From NCBI RefSeq assembly GCF_009914755.1, contig NC_060934.1: DNA of 64,000 nucleotides. The stretch is one strand, 5' to 3'. A program made the position numbers and the translations under genes. The notes under the pieces were generated by a model. It had not been told where the DNA came from. It worked only from the letters and a program-made list of their open reading frames with translations, and made no database searches. Below are positions 24,161 to 40,759 of the stretch, in pieces (the first letter of the stretch is position 1; each line of letters begins with the position of its first letter). The DNA comes from the human T2T-CHM13v2.0 reference genome, Homo sapiens.

Positions 24161-25842
24161 TAAGTCCCTATGCTGCACACAGCACAGGAACCCTTGGCCC
24201 AGCCCACAAAACTAATTTTTCCTCCTAGGCCTCTTGGCCTGTGATGGGAAGGGATGCTGTGAAGACTTCTGACATGCACTGGAGACATTTTCCCCATTGT
24301 CTTGGGGATTAACATTCGGGTCCTCATTACTCATGCAAATTTCTGCAGCCAGCTTGAATTTCTCCTCAGAAAATGGGATTTTTTTTTCTATCGCATTGTC
24401 AGGCTGCACATTTTCCAAGCTTTTATGCCCTGTTTCCCTTTTAAAACTGAATGCCGGCTGGGCGCGGTGGCTCACGCCTGTAATACCAGCACTTTGGGAG
24501 GCTGAGGTGGGCAGATCACGAGGTCAGGAGATCGAGACCATCCTGGCTAACACGGTGAAACCCTGTCTCTACTAAAAAATACAAAAAATTAGCCGGGCGT
24601 GGTGGTGGGCGCCTGTAGTCCCAGCTACTCGGGAGGCTGAGGCAGGAGAATGTGTGAACCTGGGAGGTGGAGCTTGCAGTGAGCCGAGATTGTGCTACTG
24701 CACTCCAGCCTGGGCAACAGAGCAAGACTCCGTCTGAAAAAAAAAAACAAAACCAAAACTGAATGCCTTTAACAGCACCCAAGTCACCTCTTGAATGCTT
24801 TGCTACTTAGAAACTTTTTTCCACCGGATACCCTAAATCATCTCTCTCAAGTTCAAAGTTCCATAAATCTCTAGGGCAGGGGCAAAATGCTGCCAGTCTC
24901 TTTGCTAAAACATAACAAGAGTCACCTTTGCTCCAGTTCCCAACAAGTTCCTCATCTCCATCTGAGACCACCTCAGTCTGGACCTTATTGTTCATATCAC
25001 TATCAACATTTTTTTTTTTTTGAGACGGAGTTTCGCTCTTGTTGCCCATGCTGGAATGCAATGGTGTGATCTTGGCTCACCACAACCTCCACCTCCTAGG
25101 TAAGTGATTCTTCTGCCTCAGCCTCCCGGGTAGCTGAGATTACAGGCATGCACCACCACGCCTGGCTAATTTTGTATTTTTAGTAGAGAAGGGGTTTCTC
25201 CATGTTGGTCAGGCTGGTCTTGAACTCCCGATGTCAGGTCATCTGCCCGCCTCGGCCCCCCAAAGTGTTGGGATTACAGGTGTGAGCCACCATGCCTGAC
25301 CCATTATCAGCATTTTTGTCAAAGCCACTCAACAAGTCTCTAGGAAGTTCCAATCTTTTCCACATTTTTCTCTCTTCTTCTGAGCCCTCTAAATAGTTTC
25401 AGCCTCTCCCTGTTACCCAGTTCTGAAGTTGCTTCCACATTTTCAGGTATCTTTTCAGCAACACTCCACTCCTGGTACTAATTTACTGTATTAGTCCATT
25501 TTCATGCTGCTGATAAAGACATACCTGAAGCTGGGCAATTTACAAAAGAAAGAAGTTTAATGGGCTTACAGTTCCACATGGCTGGGAGGCCGCACAATCA
25601 CAGTAGAAAGACAAGGAGGAGCAAGTTACAACTTACGTGGATGGCAGTAGGCAAAAAGAGAACTTGTGCTGAGAAACTCCCATTTTTAAAACCATCAGAT
25701 CTTTTGAGACCCATTCACTATCACCAGAACAGCACAGGAAAGACCCACCCCCATGATTCAGTCATCTCCCACTGGGTCCCTCCCACATCTTATTGGAGCT
25801 ACAAGATGAGATCTGGGTGGGGACACAGAGCCAAACATATCA
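24161..25842 (-). mobile_element. THE1 (MaLR) element: 5' LTR 25487-25842 plus truncated internal region carrying two Alus
   Basis: tgtattagtccattttcatgctgctgataaagacatacc ... gccaaacatatca; internal ORF remnants (DGDEELVGNWSKGDSCY). Confidence 0.88.
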
Positions 25843-26097
25843 CTGCATGTTCTCACTTATAAGTGGGAGGTAAATGATGAGAACACATTGGCACAAAGAG
25901 GGGAACAACAGACACTGGAGCCTACTGGAGGGTGGAAGATGGGAGGAGAGAGAGGATCAGAAAAAATAACTAATACTAGACTTTATACTTGGGTGAAGAA
26001 ATAATCTGTACAACAAACCGCTGTGACAAGTACAAATTTGCTTATATAACAAACCTGCACATGTACCCCTGAACTTAAAAGGTAAAAAACAAACAAA
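25843..26097 (+). mobile_element. L1PA/L1PB 3' UTR end
   Basis: catgttctcacttataagtgggag...aacctgcacatgtacccctgaacttaaaa. Confidence 0.85.
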
Positions 26098-26553
26098 TGA
26101 AATCAACCCAATAGTTCCAGAGACTATTGTTTTGGATAAACATAAAAATTTATCTTTCTGGTCTTAAAGCTTGAAACTTATATTTGCTTTATTTGAGTTC
26201 CTTCATTAGTAAATGACCTTCAGGCTTCTCCCCCGCAAAAAAAAAGTATCAATGAACTGAAACTCACCAGATCACTACATCCAGACAATGAGACTTTGGA
26301 CCCCTCATTCATCATGATTACTTCCTTGGCCCTCCCTACTTCCTGTTTTCTTACACATTACATTTCTTCCCCTCTGTATAAAACCCTTGTTTTAGTTGAT
26401 CAGGGAGATGGATTTGAGGTTTTGAGCTCCCATCTTCTCAGCTGCAGCACCCGATTAAAGCCTTCTTCCTTGGCAATACTTGTCATCTCAGTCATTGGCT
26501 TTCTGTGCAGCGAGCTGTAGGACCTAGACTGAACCCCTGATGTTTCAATAACA
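26098..26553 (+). repeat. 5' LTR of the MER4-group provirus
   Basis: TG...CA; TATA (gtataaaa ~26376), ATTAAA ~26454; homologous to 32800-33242. Confidence 0.9.
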
Positions 26554-26558
26554 TATTT

Positions 26559-26576
26559 TGGTTCCCTGACTGGGAA
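26559..26576 (+). other. Primer binding site, tRNA-Glu
   Basis: tggttccctgactgggaa, 17/18 to TGGTTCCCTGACCGGGAA. Confidence 0.85.
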
Positions 26577-26757
26577 CATGTTGCTTGTGGCTCAGCTGCC
26601 ATGGGTGGAGTCTCAGAAGCCCTCTTATGCAGCTGCCTGACAAATTTTATTTTATTTTATTATTTTATTTTATTTCCTTTGAGATGGAGTCTCACAGTGT
26701 CACCCAGGCTGTAGTGCAGTGGCACAATCTTGGCTCACTGCAACCTCTGCCTCCCAG

Positions 26758-27598
26758 TGCTATAGGAGTCAGAAGAAATCACTTGGGCAGATAGCCAGGG
26801 TACGGGAATCCTCAGTAAGGCTTTTCTTTTTCTTTTTTAATGAAAAGCTGCCCCAAATCATTTTCTAACAAAGAGCAGCCTGAAACCTGGGAGTTTGCAA
26901 GGGTGAATGCCAGCAGGAACTAAGGAGTAGACATGTTCAAGATAGCGACTTCATCTTCCCTTCTCTGCCAGTCATGTGTACTGTAAGGAGCAGACCAGAT
27001 GGTGTCGATCACCTCGCCTCTACTAAAAATATAAAAATTAGCTGGGCGTGGTGGTGGGCGCCTATAGTCCCAGCTGCTCAGGCGGCTGAGGCAGGAGAAT
27101 TGCTTGAACCGGGGAGTCAGAAGTTGCAGCGAGCTGAGATCGCACCATTGCACTCCAGCCTGGATAACGAGAGCAAAACTCTGTCTCAAAAAAAAAAAAA
27201 AAAAAAAAGAAAAAGAAAAAAAAAACAGATGGTGTCGATCAACTGGAAAGGCCATTTGCGTAACAAGATTAGGGTGGGGCAACCAGCCTTTCCTGAGCAC
27301 TATGTAAACGTCATAGCTGATCAAACCAATCTGTGAGCCCTATGTAAATCAAGACACATTAAAACAGTCCACACTAAATCAGACACTGCCTCCTCAAACT
27401 GGTGTCTTCACTACCAGCCAGTCCTTTCCATTCGGAGACCTCTTCTTCTATAGAGGAAGCTATTTCTCTTTTCTCTTCTACCTATTAAACCTCTGCTCCT
27501 AAACCCCTTGTGTGTGTCTGTGTCCTAAATTTTCCTGGCCTGTGACAATGATAAATATATACCTGAGGGCATATACCCCAGACAATGTAGCCACTTCA
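26758..27598 (+). mobile_element. Solo LTR (MER61-like) inserted in an Alu, itself carrying a truncated Alu
   Basis: TG...CA with TSD ccag (26754-26757, 27599-27602) splitting the Alu at cctcccag|gttcaag. Confidence 0.82.
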
Positions 27599-28936
27599 CC
27601 AGGTTCAAGTTATTCTCCTGCCTCAGCCTCCCCAGTAGCTGGACTACAGGCATGCACCATGCCCATCTATTGACCAATATCAGCTGGAAGTGAGTTTCAG
27701 TTTCTCTCTGGCCCCACCATGGTCAGCCCCAACCATCCTCCTGATTGCCTTGGAAGAATAGCCTTCGAAATTGGACATCTGCATCCAGATAGGTGAGTAT
27801 CCTTTGTGGGCCCAGACAGCAGGATTTGCTCCTCTCAATTTGGGAAATTTTTAAAAGAATTTTCATTTGCAGGTTGAACAAGCCCAACTGACTGAGGGAG
27901 GGAAACACCCTGACTGTTTTTATGTGGACACTCTTGGGGGCTAGTTTATAATTGTATGTTGTGTCTGGGCAAGTGAGTGCCTCGTGTGTGTACCAGACAG
28001 CGGGATCAGTTCCTCTCAATTTGGGAAATTTCCTAAGGAATTTTTGTTTGCATTTGATCAAGCCCAACCAATGAAGAGAGGAAGCACCCTGACTGTTTGA
28101 GTTTGGACACTCTTGGGGCTTGTTTTTTGCTGCAGCAGTTGGATTGTGTTTTGGTGATCATTTGTGTGTGTTTTATATAGTCATGAGAAGTTAGAATTCG
28201 GTAAACTGATATTCATTTGCAATACTGTTGGCCCCAGTGTTGTTTGGAATCTGGCGTTTGCTGTTTGGAATCTGGAGTTTGCTGCTGAATGGGAAAGTGG
28301 GATGGAGTTGTGTGTATCCAGGCTTTTGTGCTGCTGTTCTAAGCAAGGTTGGGCCTGGCAGGTATGTGATGTTCTCCTTTGTTGCTGTTTGACCCCAATG
28401 TTCTTTGGAGTCTGAGGAGGTTTGGCCTTTAAAAATCAAACTGCCATGGAAACTACTATACCCAAAATTTTGATTCACAGCCTTCACTGAATTACCTACT
28501 GGGACAAAGTGTAACCATGTAAAACCAGTAAGCTTGTATTGCTATCTCATAGCTATAGTTCCAAGGTAAAAGCTATTGGATCTTTGTTTATGTGTGTATA
28601 TTCATGTTTAGATGTGTTTATTTGTATGTACCCTTATTGGTATATGTTGTGTCTACCAAATTGGCTTATAAGTAAAACAGCACTCATAAATTAAATAAGT
28701 CAAAGCAATTTTCAAGTTCGTGTGAGTTAAGTAAATTTTTTCGAAACCAGCTGGCTGTAAAATTATTGGTAAAATGAAAATAAAAATGTCTTCAAAATTG
28801 TGAGCATACATTTTTGTCTGGATTTTATATTTGTCTCTGGTAGATATTTTGAGGTTTCAGGGTTTGGCATAGAAGGTTATAAAATTATAAACCCAGCCAA
28901 AACAAATGATCTTCATGAAAATTTTTTGAAAAGTAG

Positions 28937-30158
28937 TATTACGGGATCACTGGATGTCAATTTTTCTGGCCAGAAACCTCTGTGGCCAGTGGTGCTTTGC
29001 CTGAGTTCTTGTCCTGCGTTCAGGAAGAATGAGGTACTCAGGCAAGTGAACCAGACAAAGAGGAGCTTTATTTAGTATTAGAGCAGCTCAGGGGAGACGC
29101 ACAGTGGGTAGCTCCTTTCTGTTACTCGTTGTCCCAACGTCTGCTGCTCTCAGCAGAGAGGAGGCCCTGGAGAGGACAGCTCCTGTCTGCTACTGGTCAT
29201 CTTGACGTATGCTGCCCTCAGCAGAGAGGAGGCCCTGGAGAGGATGGCTCCTCTCTGAAGCTGGTCCACGCAATGTCTCTTCTGGTCTCTGAAGCTCTTA
29301 GCAGAGAGGGTAGCTCCTTTCTGCCAGCTGGCCATCCCATTGTCTCTAGCTATCAGCAGGGGGAATAGCTCCTCTCTGCATTTGGTCCTCTTGTTGTCTC
29401 CCCAACCTCTGCCCTGCTGTGGCTGAGCCCAGGGCTTTTATGTGGCTCGGGGAAGGGAGTGTGTGCTGACTGGTCCACAGGAAAAAGCACCATGAGTTCC
29501 TCCTCCAATCAGCAGGAATGGCAGCCTGGCCCCCACACTTCAGGCCTGTCCTGGCATGAAGGTGGGGCTTCACTGGGGACTTGCCCCCTTCCACCCAGGA
29601 GCCTGTCTGCCTTCCACAGCCATCCATAGTGCCCAGGCTGCTGGCACCAAGGGGCACCTGCAGGCCAGCACCAGTCACTCTCAGCCCCTCTCAACTTCCC
29701 TTCCTGCACTCCTCAGTGCCCAAAGTCCAGAGGGGGGCAGGGCAGCAGGGGACTGGCGTGTCAGCACTGCCCTGAGCTTGCACACACCTGGCAGCACTGT
29801 GACAGCCCCTGGACTTGGCCCCAAGCCTGGTCCAAGATCAGAGTGGGCACCGGGAGCAGGGAAAGGCCAAGCAGCAAGAGCAGGGAGAGGCCAAGCAGCA
29901 GGAGCAGGCAACTCTGAGCCTACAAGGGCAAGGAGGGGGCCTTTTCAGGCCCCCCAAGAGTGCAGGGATGCCTGGGTCTGCAGCCCCAATTTGGGCGGCT
30001 GCAGCACCCCACAGCGGGGTGGGGTTCCTGCCTGCTCTGTGGAACTGGAGGCCTGTATCTGGAGCTGTGGACCAAGTTGCTGCAGCTGCACCCAGGAAGG
30101 GATGGATCCTGCCTGCTCCTGGCCCCAACAAGAGCACAGGGAGGCTCAGATCTGCAGC
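28937..30158 (-). mobile_element. GC-rich MER52-like LTR, truncated at an Alu right arm
   Basis: ggccagaaacctctgtggcc...gagctttatt..., repeated tagctcctctctgc units. Confidence 0.7.
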
Positions 30159-30945
30159 GAACACCTGTAGTCCCAGGTACTCAGGAGACTGAGGCAGGAG
30201 AATTGCTTGAACCTAGGAGGCAGAGATTGCAGTGAGCTGAGATTGTGTTACTGTGCTCTAGGCCAGGGAACAAAGCAAGACTCTGTCTCAAAAAAAAAAA
30301 AAAGACTTTTGTCAACCACAATCGATGTTTTGCTTTGATTCTTCTCAAAAAGTGACTTACAATCAGCTACAGTCCAGGGCTTGCTTCTTTGGAGGAGTTC
30401 ATTAAAAGGACTTTTGATTTGCAGGTTTCTGATAACTTTGGGGTTTGTGCCACTGAATTAGAGAGAAAACTTCCAGGACTGTAATTGAAAAGCTGGTGTG
30501 TTCATAAAGATTGCTAACTCAATATGAAACAGAGCAAGAGTTGATTGCATGAATTGAAACTGAAACTGAAATAGTTTTTATGGCTTTTTGTTTGAAATAT
30601 TGCTGATTCTTTTGTTTGTTTGTTTGTTTGAGACGGAGTTTCCCTCTTGTTGCTCAGGCTGGAGTGCAGTGGCGGATCTTGGCTCACTGCAACCTCTGCC
30701 TCCCAGGTTCAAGTGATTCTCCTGCCTCAGCCTCCTGAGTAGCTGGCATTTCAGGCATGCATCACCATGCCCAGCTAATTTTGTATTTTTAGTAGAGACA
30801 GGGTTTCTCTATGTTGGTCAGGCTGGTCTCGAACTCCTGACCTCAGGTGGTCCACCCACCTCAGCCTCCCAAACTGCTGGGATTACAGGTGTGAGTGACC
30901 ACGCCCAGCTATATTGCTGATTCTTTTTGTTTTTTCAGAGTCTGA

Positions 30946-31227
<282 letters not shown>

Positions 31228-31430
31228 TGAACTCCTGACCTCAGCTGATCTGCTTGCCTTAGCCTCCCAAAGTGCTAGCCACTGCACCCAGCAAAAGTGC
31301 AGTGTACTTTTTAATTTTTTTGAGATGGAGTGTCACTCTGTTGCCCAGGCTAGAGTGCAGTGGCGTGATCTTGGCTCACTGCAACCTCCGCCTCCTGGAC
31401 CCAAGTGATTCTCCTGCCCCAGCCTCCTGA

Positions 31431-31616
<186 letters not shown>

Positions 31617-31834
31617 TAAACAGAATTTGAGTCATATATCTCTCTCTGCCTAATTTCTCCAAAATTTGTAAACTATTTGTGAATATTCTTAATTCATGGC
31701 AATGTATATGTTTGCATATACTTAATAACAACATATTTTCAGCCAGGCGCGGTGGCTCACTCCTGTAATCCCAGCACTCTGGGAGGCCGAGGTGGGCGGA
31801 TCACGAGGTCAGGAGGTCGAGACCATCCTGGCTA

Positions 31835-32323
<489 letters not shown>

Positions 32324-32799
32324 TAGCCAGGATGGTCTCGATCTCCTGACCTCATGATCCACCCACCTCGGCCTCCCAAAGTGCTGGGATTACAGGTGTG
32401 AGCCACCACACCTGGCCAGGAACTGGTTATTTTCTCAGGGCTTTGACTGAAATGGTCTTGTGAGATGTTCCAGCAAAGCTGATTTGGGAGAGTCTATATG
32501 GACAATGATTCTTGCTGCACTGTGTGTGGGTAATCAGGTCGATTATATGGGACTGCAGCTTATTTTGCAGGTAGATTGGTCCTGCTGTGATTTGTCTTTG
32601 GTGGAAGCAGTGGACTGTAGAGAGAAATATCATGTGTCAGAAGAAACTCTACATTAGATTAACCTTTGATCCCTGGATGGCTACATGGTCACCCATGGTA
32701 TGGAGCTGCCTATGACACCCCTCCTCATTATGAAGCAGCCAGAAAGATAGACAACCAGATTCCTCATGATTGAGGAATTGATCAATAGAAAGGGGGCAC

Positions 32800-33242
32800 T
32801 GAAACCAACCCAATAGTCCCATAGACTGTTCTTTTGGATAAACATAGAAATTGACCTTTCTGATCTTAAAGCTTGAACCTTATATTTGTTCTACTTGAGT
32901 TCCTTCCTCAGGAAAGGACCCTTAGGCCTTTTAAAAAAAAAAAGAAAACTGAAACTCATCAGATCATTACATTTGGATAGACTTTGGACCCCTCATTCAT
33001 CGCGATTGCTTTCTTACCCTTCTCTAGTTCCTGTTTGCCTACACATTGTTACATTTCTTCCCTGCTATATAAACCCTTTGTTTTAGTCAGTCAGGGAGAT
33101 GGATTTGAGGCTGAGCTCCCATATCCTGGGCTGCAGCACCCGATTAAAGCCTTCTTCCTTGGCAATACTTGTCGTCTCAGTCATTGGCTTTCAGTGTGGC
33201 GAGCAGCAGGACCTGGACTGAACCCCTCGTGTTTTGGTAACA
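32800..33242 (+). repeat. 3' LTR of the MER4-group provirus
   Basis: Preceded by polypurine tract aatagaaaggggg; TG...CA. Confidence 0.9.
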
Positions 33243-33246
33243 CAAA

Positions 33247-34113
33247 AAGAAGATGGCTGACTGGAGGCATCTTGCACTTGCCTCCTCCACAAAGAAGAAC
33301 CAAAATAGCGAATAGATAATAATACTTTGAATCAAGCATCTAAGGGAGACCACTGGAACTCAACAGGGAAGTGACAGGAAACACCTGAGGCACAGGAGGA
33401 GAGGGAAGCGAGACAGCCAGCTCTGCAGGCCAGGATTGGCTGGGAGGCCAAGGAGTTTCCCCAGTGTGGGAAAGTGTAAATGAGAGATCCCTAGTGATCC
33501 ACATTCCCACCTGAAACCCGAGACATGGGAGAACCTCGTGATCCTTGCAGGCCCTGAGAATAGTGTAGGAGCTGCCTGGAGACTGTGTGACGTCAGTGCT
33601 CTAGAGAGGGAGCTCACACTGGGTCCCACACCCCTCCTCCATGACCCCTAAGCAGCTGCAGCATGGGATCATTTTTAGAGCTAAGCACCTATCAGACTGC
33701 ATTCTGTCCTGGGGCCCAACAGCCCTTGCATCTCCACATCTCTGGAGCCTCACTGACATCCACCTGTGTCCACCTGGAGGGCTGAAGCAGCAGACGTGGT
33801 TGGACCCAGTAGAGGTTCCCTCTGATGTGGTTGCTCTAGCACACAGTATCTTGTACCCTAGGGAACAGGTAGTATAGCACACCAGGGAAGCTGCCCCTGG
33901 GGCAAACAGAGCCAAAACACAAAGTCCCTAGAGCCTGAGGGAGATGGGTTAATGGACACAAACATACAGTTAAATAGAAGGAATAAGTTCCAATATTCCA
34001 CAGCAGAGTAGGGTGACTATAATTTGCAACAATATATTGTCTATTTCAAAATAGCTAGAAGAGAGGACTTTAAAGGTTCCTAACACATAGAAATGATAAA
34101 TACTTGAAGTGAT
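33247..34113 (+). mobile_element. Old L1 5'-end fragment plus left half of an L1MA 3' end
   Basis: aagatggctgactggag start; ttcaaaatagctagaagagagga...aaatgataaat; continues at 45836. Confidence 0.65.
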
Positions 34114-34567
34114 TATGAGAAACCCTCACCTGTCCAAAATCAAAGAATGGACTCAGAGACACGAAATGCAGCAGAAGCGAGACTTAATGGCGGTCTTGCA
34201 AGATCAGGTGTCCGGTAGGCAGGCATACCCGGGGCAGTTACAACAGGTAATTTATCTCCTAGCACGCAAGGCCCTCCCCCAGCTCCTCGTTGGTCTAGTA
34301 CTATGGGGTTACAATCTTCCCGGACATCGCCTAAGTTTCATTATCCCCTTATAAGGTTATACCCCAGTCCCCTTCCTCACTTAAGTTTCAATTTCCCAAT
34401 AATGAAACTTTCTTCCCTTTTATGGGCTGACCCCTCCTCTACATTCTGTTCTCTTATCGTGACTTTCTAGGTGCATGAGTTGTTCGGTTTGTCACATCTG
34501 CAGGCTGGCTGCCAGTACACAGATTTATCATGCCTTGAAAATAGACCATTTAAAATATTCTCTCACA
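34114..34567 (-). repeat. 3' LTR of HERV-IP-like provirus
   Basis: 454 bp; polypurine tract AGAAAAGAGGAGGGAATT at 34568-34585 (minus). Confidence 0.92.
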
Positions 34568-34649
34568 AATTCCCTCCTCTTTTCTATTTACTTTCCTCAG
34601 TCTCATTTTTATCTAAACCCTTTTGGTCCTGAAATTGCTCTAGAAGTCA

Positions 34650-37901
<3,252 letters not shown>

Positions 37902-38422
37902 GGTCTTCTTTGTTAAGTTTTTTTTCAGACTCAACTTTAAAGATTTCTCGGGTAACTGATACACTTTCCACTGGTCTTTCTTCCTCCCTTCTGGGGTTTC
38001 TTTTACCAGTCTCTTGACTCATGTATAGTGAGTCCACCCCCGTTCAGCTTTTCATACAGCTGTCTTGGTGGTCAGGAGCACTTGATAGGGAACTTCCCAG
38101 CTGGGTTGGAGCATATCTTCTTTCCAAGTCTTAATCAGCACCAAGTCATTGGATTGGAAGTGGTGAACTGTGAACTCAAGAGGCAGGGTTTGAGTTAGAA
38201 GTCCTTTTAACCTAAGGGATGACAAGGTGGAGTATATGGCCAGTATATAATTTCTTAAGAATTGGTCCTTGGTTTTCATAGTAGGAAGATCTGTAGCCCT
38301 GCCCAAATATTGGAGTCTGTATAATAACTCATATGGGGACAGTCCCAAGTCTGTTTTTGGGGGCTGTCCTTACCCTAAGGAGTGCTACTGGAAGACATTT
38401 GGTCCAAGGAATTTTAGTTTAG

Positions 38423-38608
<186 letters not shown>

Positions 38609-39541
38609 TAGTAGAGATAGGGTTTCACCGTGTTAGCCAGGATGGTCTCAATTTCCTGACCTTGTGATCCACCTGCCTCGGCTTCCCAAAGTGCTGGGAT
38701 TACAGGCATGAGCCACCGTGCCCAGCCGAATTTTAGTTTTTAAGATTAGTTTGGTAATATGCTTTTTGAGAGTTTGATTCATTCTTTCTACGTTTCCAGA
38801 GGAAGGGGGATGCCAAAGGGTGTGATAATCCCATGTAATTTGTAAACCTTCCGTAATTCCCCTTAATACCCTTGAGGTAAAATGGCTCCCATTGTCTGAA
38901 TCAGTATTTTCTACCAAGCCAAATCGGGGTATAATCTGCTCTAAGATTATTTTGATCACATTCGTGGCAGTAGCTGTTGGAAGGGGAAAGGCTTCCACCC
39001 TGCTGGAAAGGTAATCTGCTATCACCAGCAAATACTTTAGTTTTCCTACTTCAGGCATTTCTGTGAAATCTACTTGAATGCTCTGGAATGGTCTCAGTCT
39101 GGGAGGTCTTCCTCCTGTGGCCTGTTTTCTAATTACCTTTTTGTTTGTCCTTTGACAAGTTACACAACTTCCACATATTTGTTTAGTGAGGGTGTGGATC
39201 CAGTTATTCCTAGGTATTCCATCACACAGAGCCTGGGGTTCCCAATGACTCCCTTTGCGTAATATAGACATTAGTTCTGTCATCAGGGGTTTACTTATCA
39301 TTTCTCTCCCATCAGGAAGTACCCATTTCCCATCTTTAGTTCGAGTGACCCTCTATCCTGTCTAATTCTTCTTTCTTCTCTCTGGTAAGCTGGGGTCTTC
39401 ATACTACCTTAGGGATGTCTGGGATCAGGCTAAATAGTCTAATTTCTTTCTCCAGGGAGGCTTGCTTAGCAGTTTCATCTGCAAGCCTGTTTTCTGCAGC
39501 TTCTATAGTGTTTCCTTTCTGATGACCATTTACTTTTATTT

Positions 39542-39572
<31 letters not shown>

Positions 39573-39579
39573 TTTTTGA

Positions 39580-39684
<105 letters not shown>

Positions 39685-39687
39685 TGA

Positions 39688-39864
<177 letters not shown>

Positions 39865-40759
39865 TGATGACCATTTATATGAACTATGGTTACTTCTGCT
39901 GGAAGAAGGAGGTTTCTAAAACCTGTCTGACCAGTTCCCCAAGTACCAATTCTTTTCCCTTGCTATTTATTAGGCCCTGCTCTGTCCAGATTTTTCCAAA
40001 ACTGTGTACCACCCCATAGGCATATTTAGAATCAGTATATATAGTGCCTTCTTGGCCTTCAAGGAGCTTTATGGCCTGGTTAAGAGCATATAATTCACAA
40101 GTTTGGGCTGACCAGCCATTAGGTAATCTACCTTCCTCACATAAGGAGTGTTTATTTTTATTAATGACAGCATGACTGTTATGTTTCTTGGCATCTATCA
40201 CTCTGGATGACACATCCACAAACAGGCTTATCCTACCATGTAGGGGAGCTTCTCTAAGGTCTGGGCTAACTTTGATTTGGTATTCTATGATATCTAAGGC
40301 AGTTATGGACTGATGCCTCTTTGTTCTTCTCTCCTTTCCATAAGAAACTGGCTGGATTCAGGCAAGTATCTGTTGTTATGACCAAATCATCTTTTTCTAG
40401 TAACATGGCTTCATATTTTAGAATCCAAGAATCCATTAACCATCTCTTGGCTTTTTGATTTAATATATTCCTGACCCGATGTGGGGTGCTCACTGTTAGG
40501 CCCCAGCAAAGGTTAACTTTTGACTCTCATCTGCCAGCAGGGCTGTGGCAGCTACTACTTGCACACATTTGGGCTATCCTCAAGAGACAGGATTGAGAAG
40601 CTTGGAGACAAAAGCAACAGGTTGCCTCTTCCCTCCCCAGGTTTGAGTGAGCACCCCAAGAGCCACACCCTGGTCTACTGTTACAAATAGATGGAATGGT
40701 TTCTCTAAAGATGGGAGGGCCAGGACCGGGGCTGTAAGGAGGGCCTGCTTTAGCTCTTT

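Noticed and set aside
26559-26576. tRNA gene
   Set aside because: Only the 18-nt complement of a tRNA 3' end next to an LTR, i.e. a primer binding site; the same applies to 45359-45376.
26929-26938. p53 element in the MER61-like LTR (AGACATGTTC)
   Set aside because: Only one consensus half-site, with no adjacent second half-site.
29346-30235. Overlapping long GC-rich ORFs (up to 204 aa)
   Set aside because: Inside a GC-rich MER52-like LTR where stop codons are rare; no recognisable domain.
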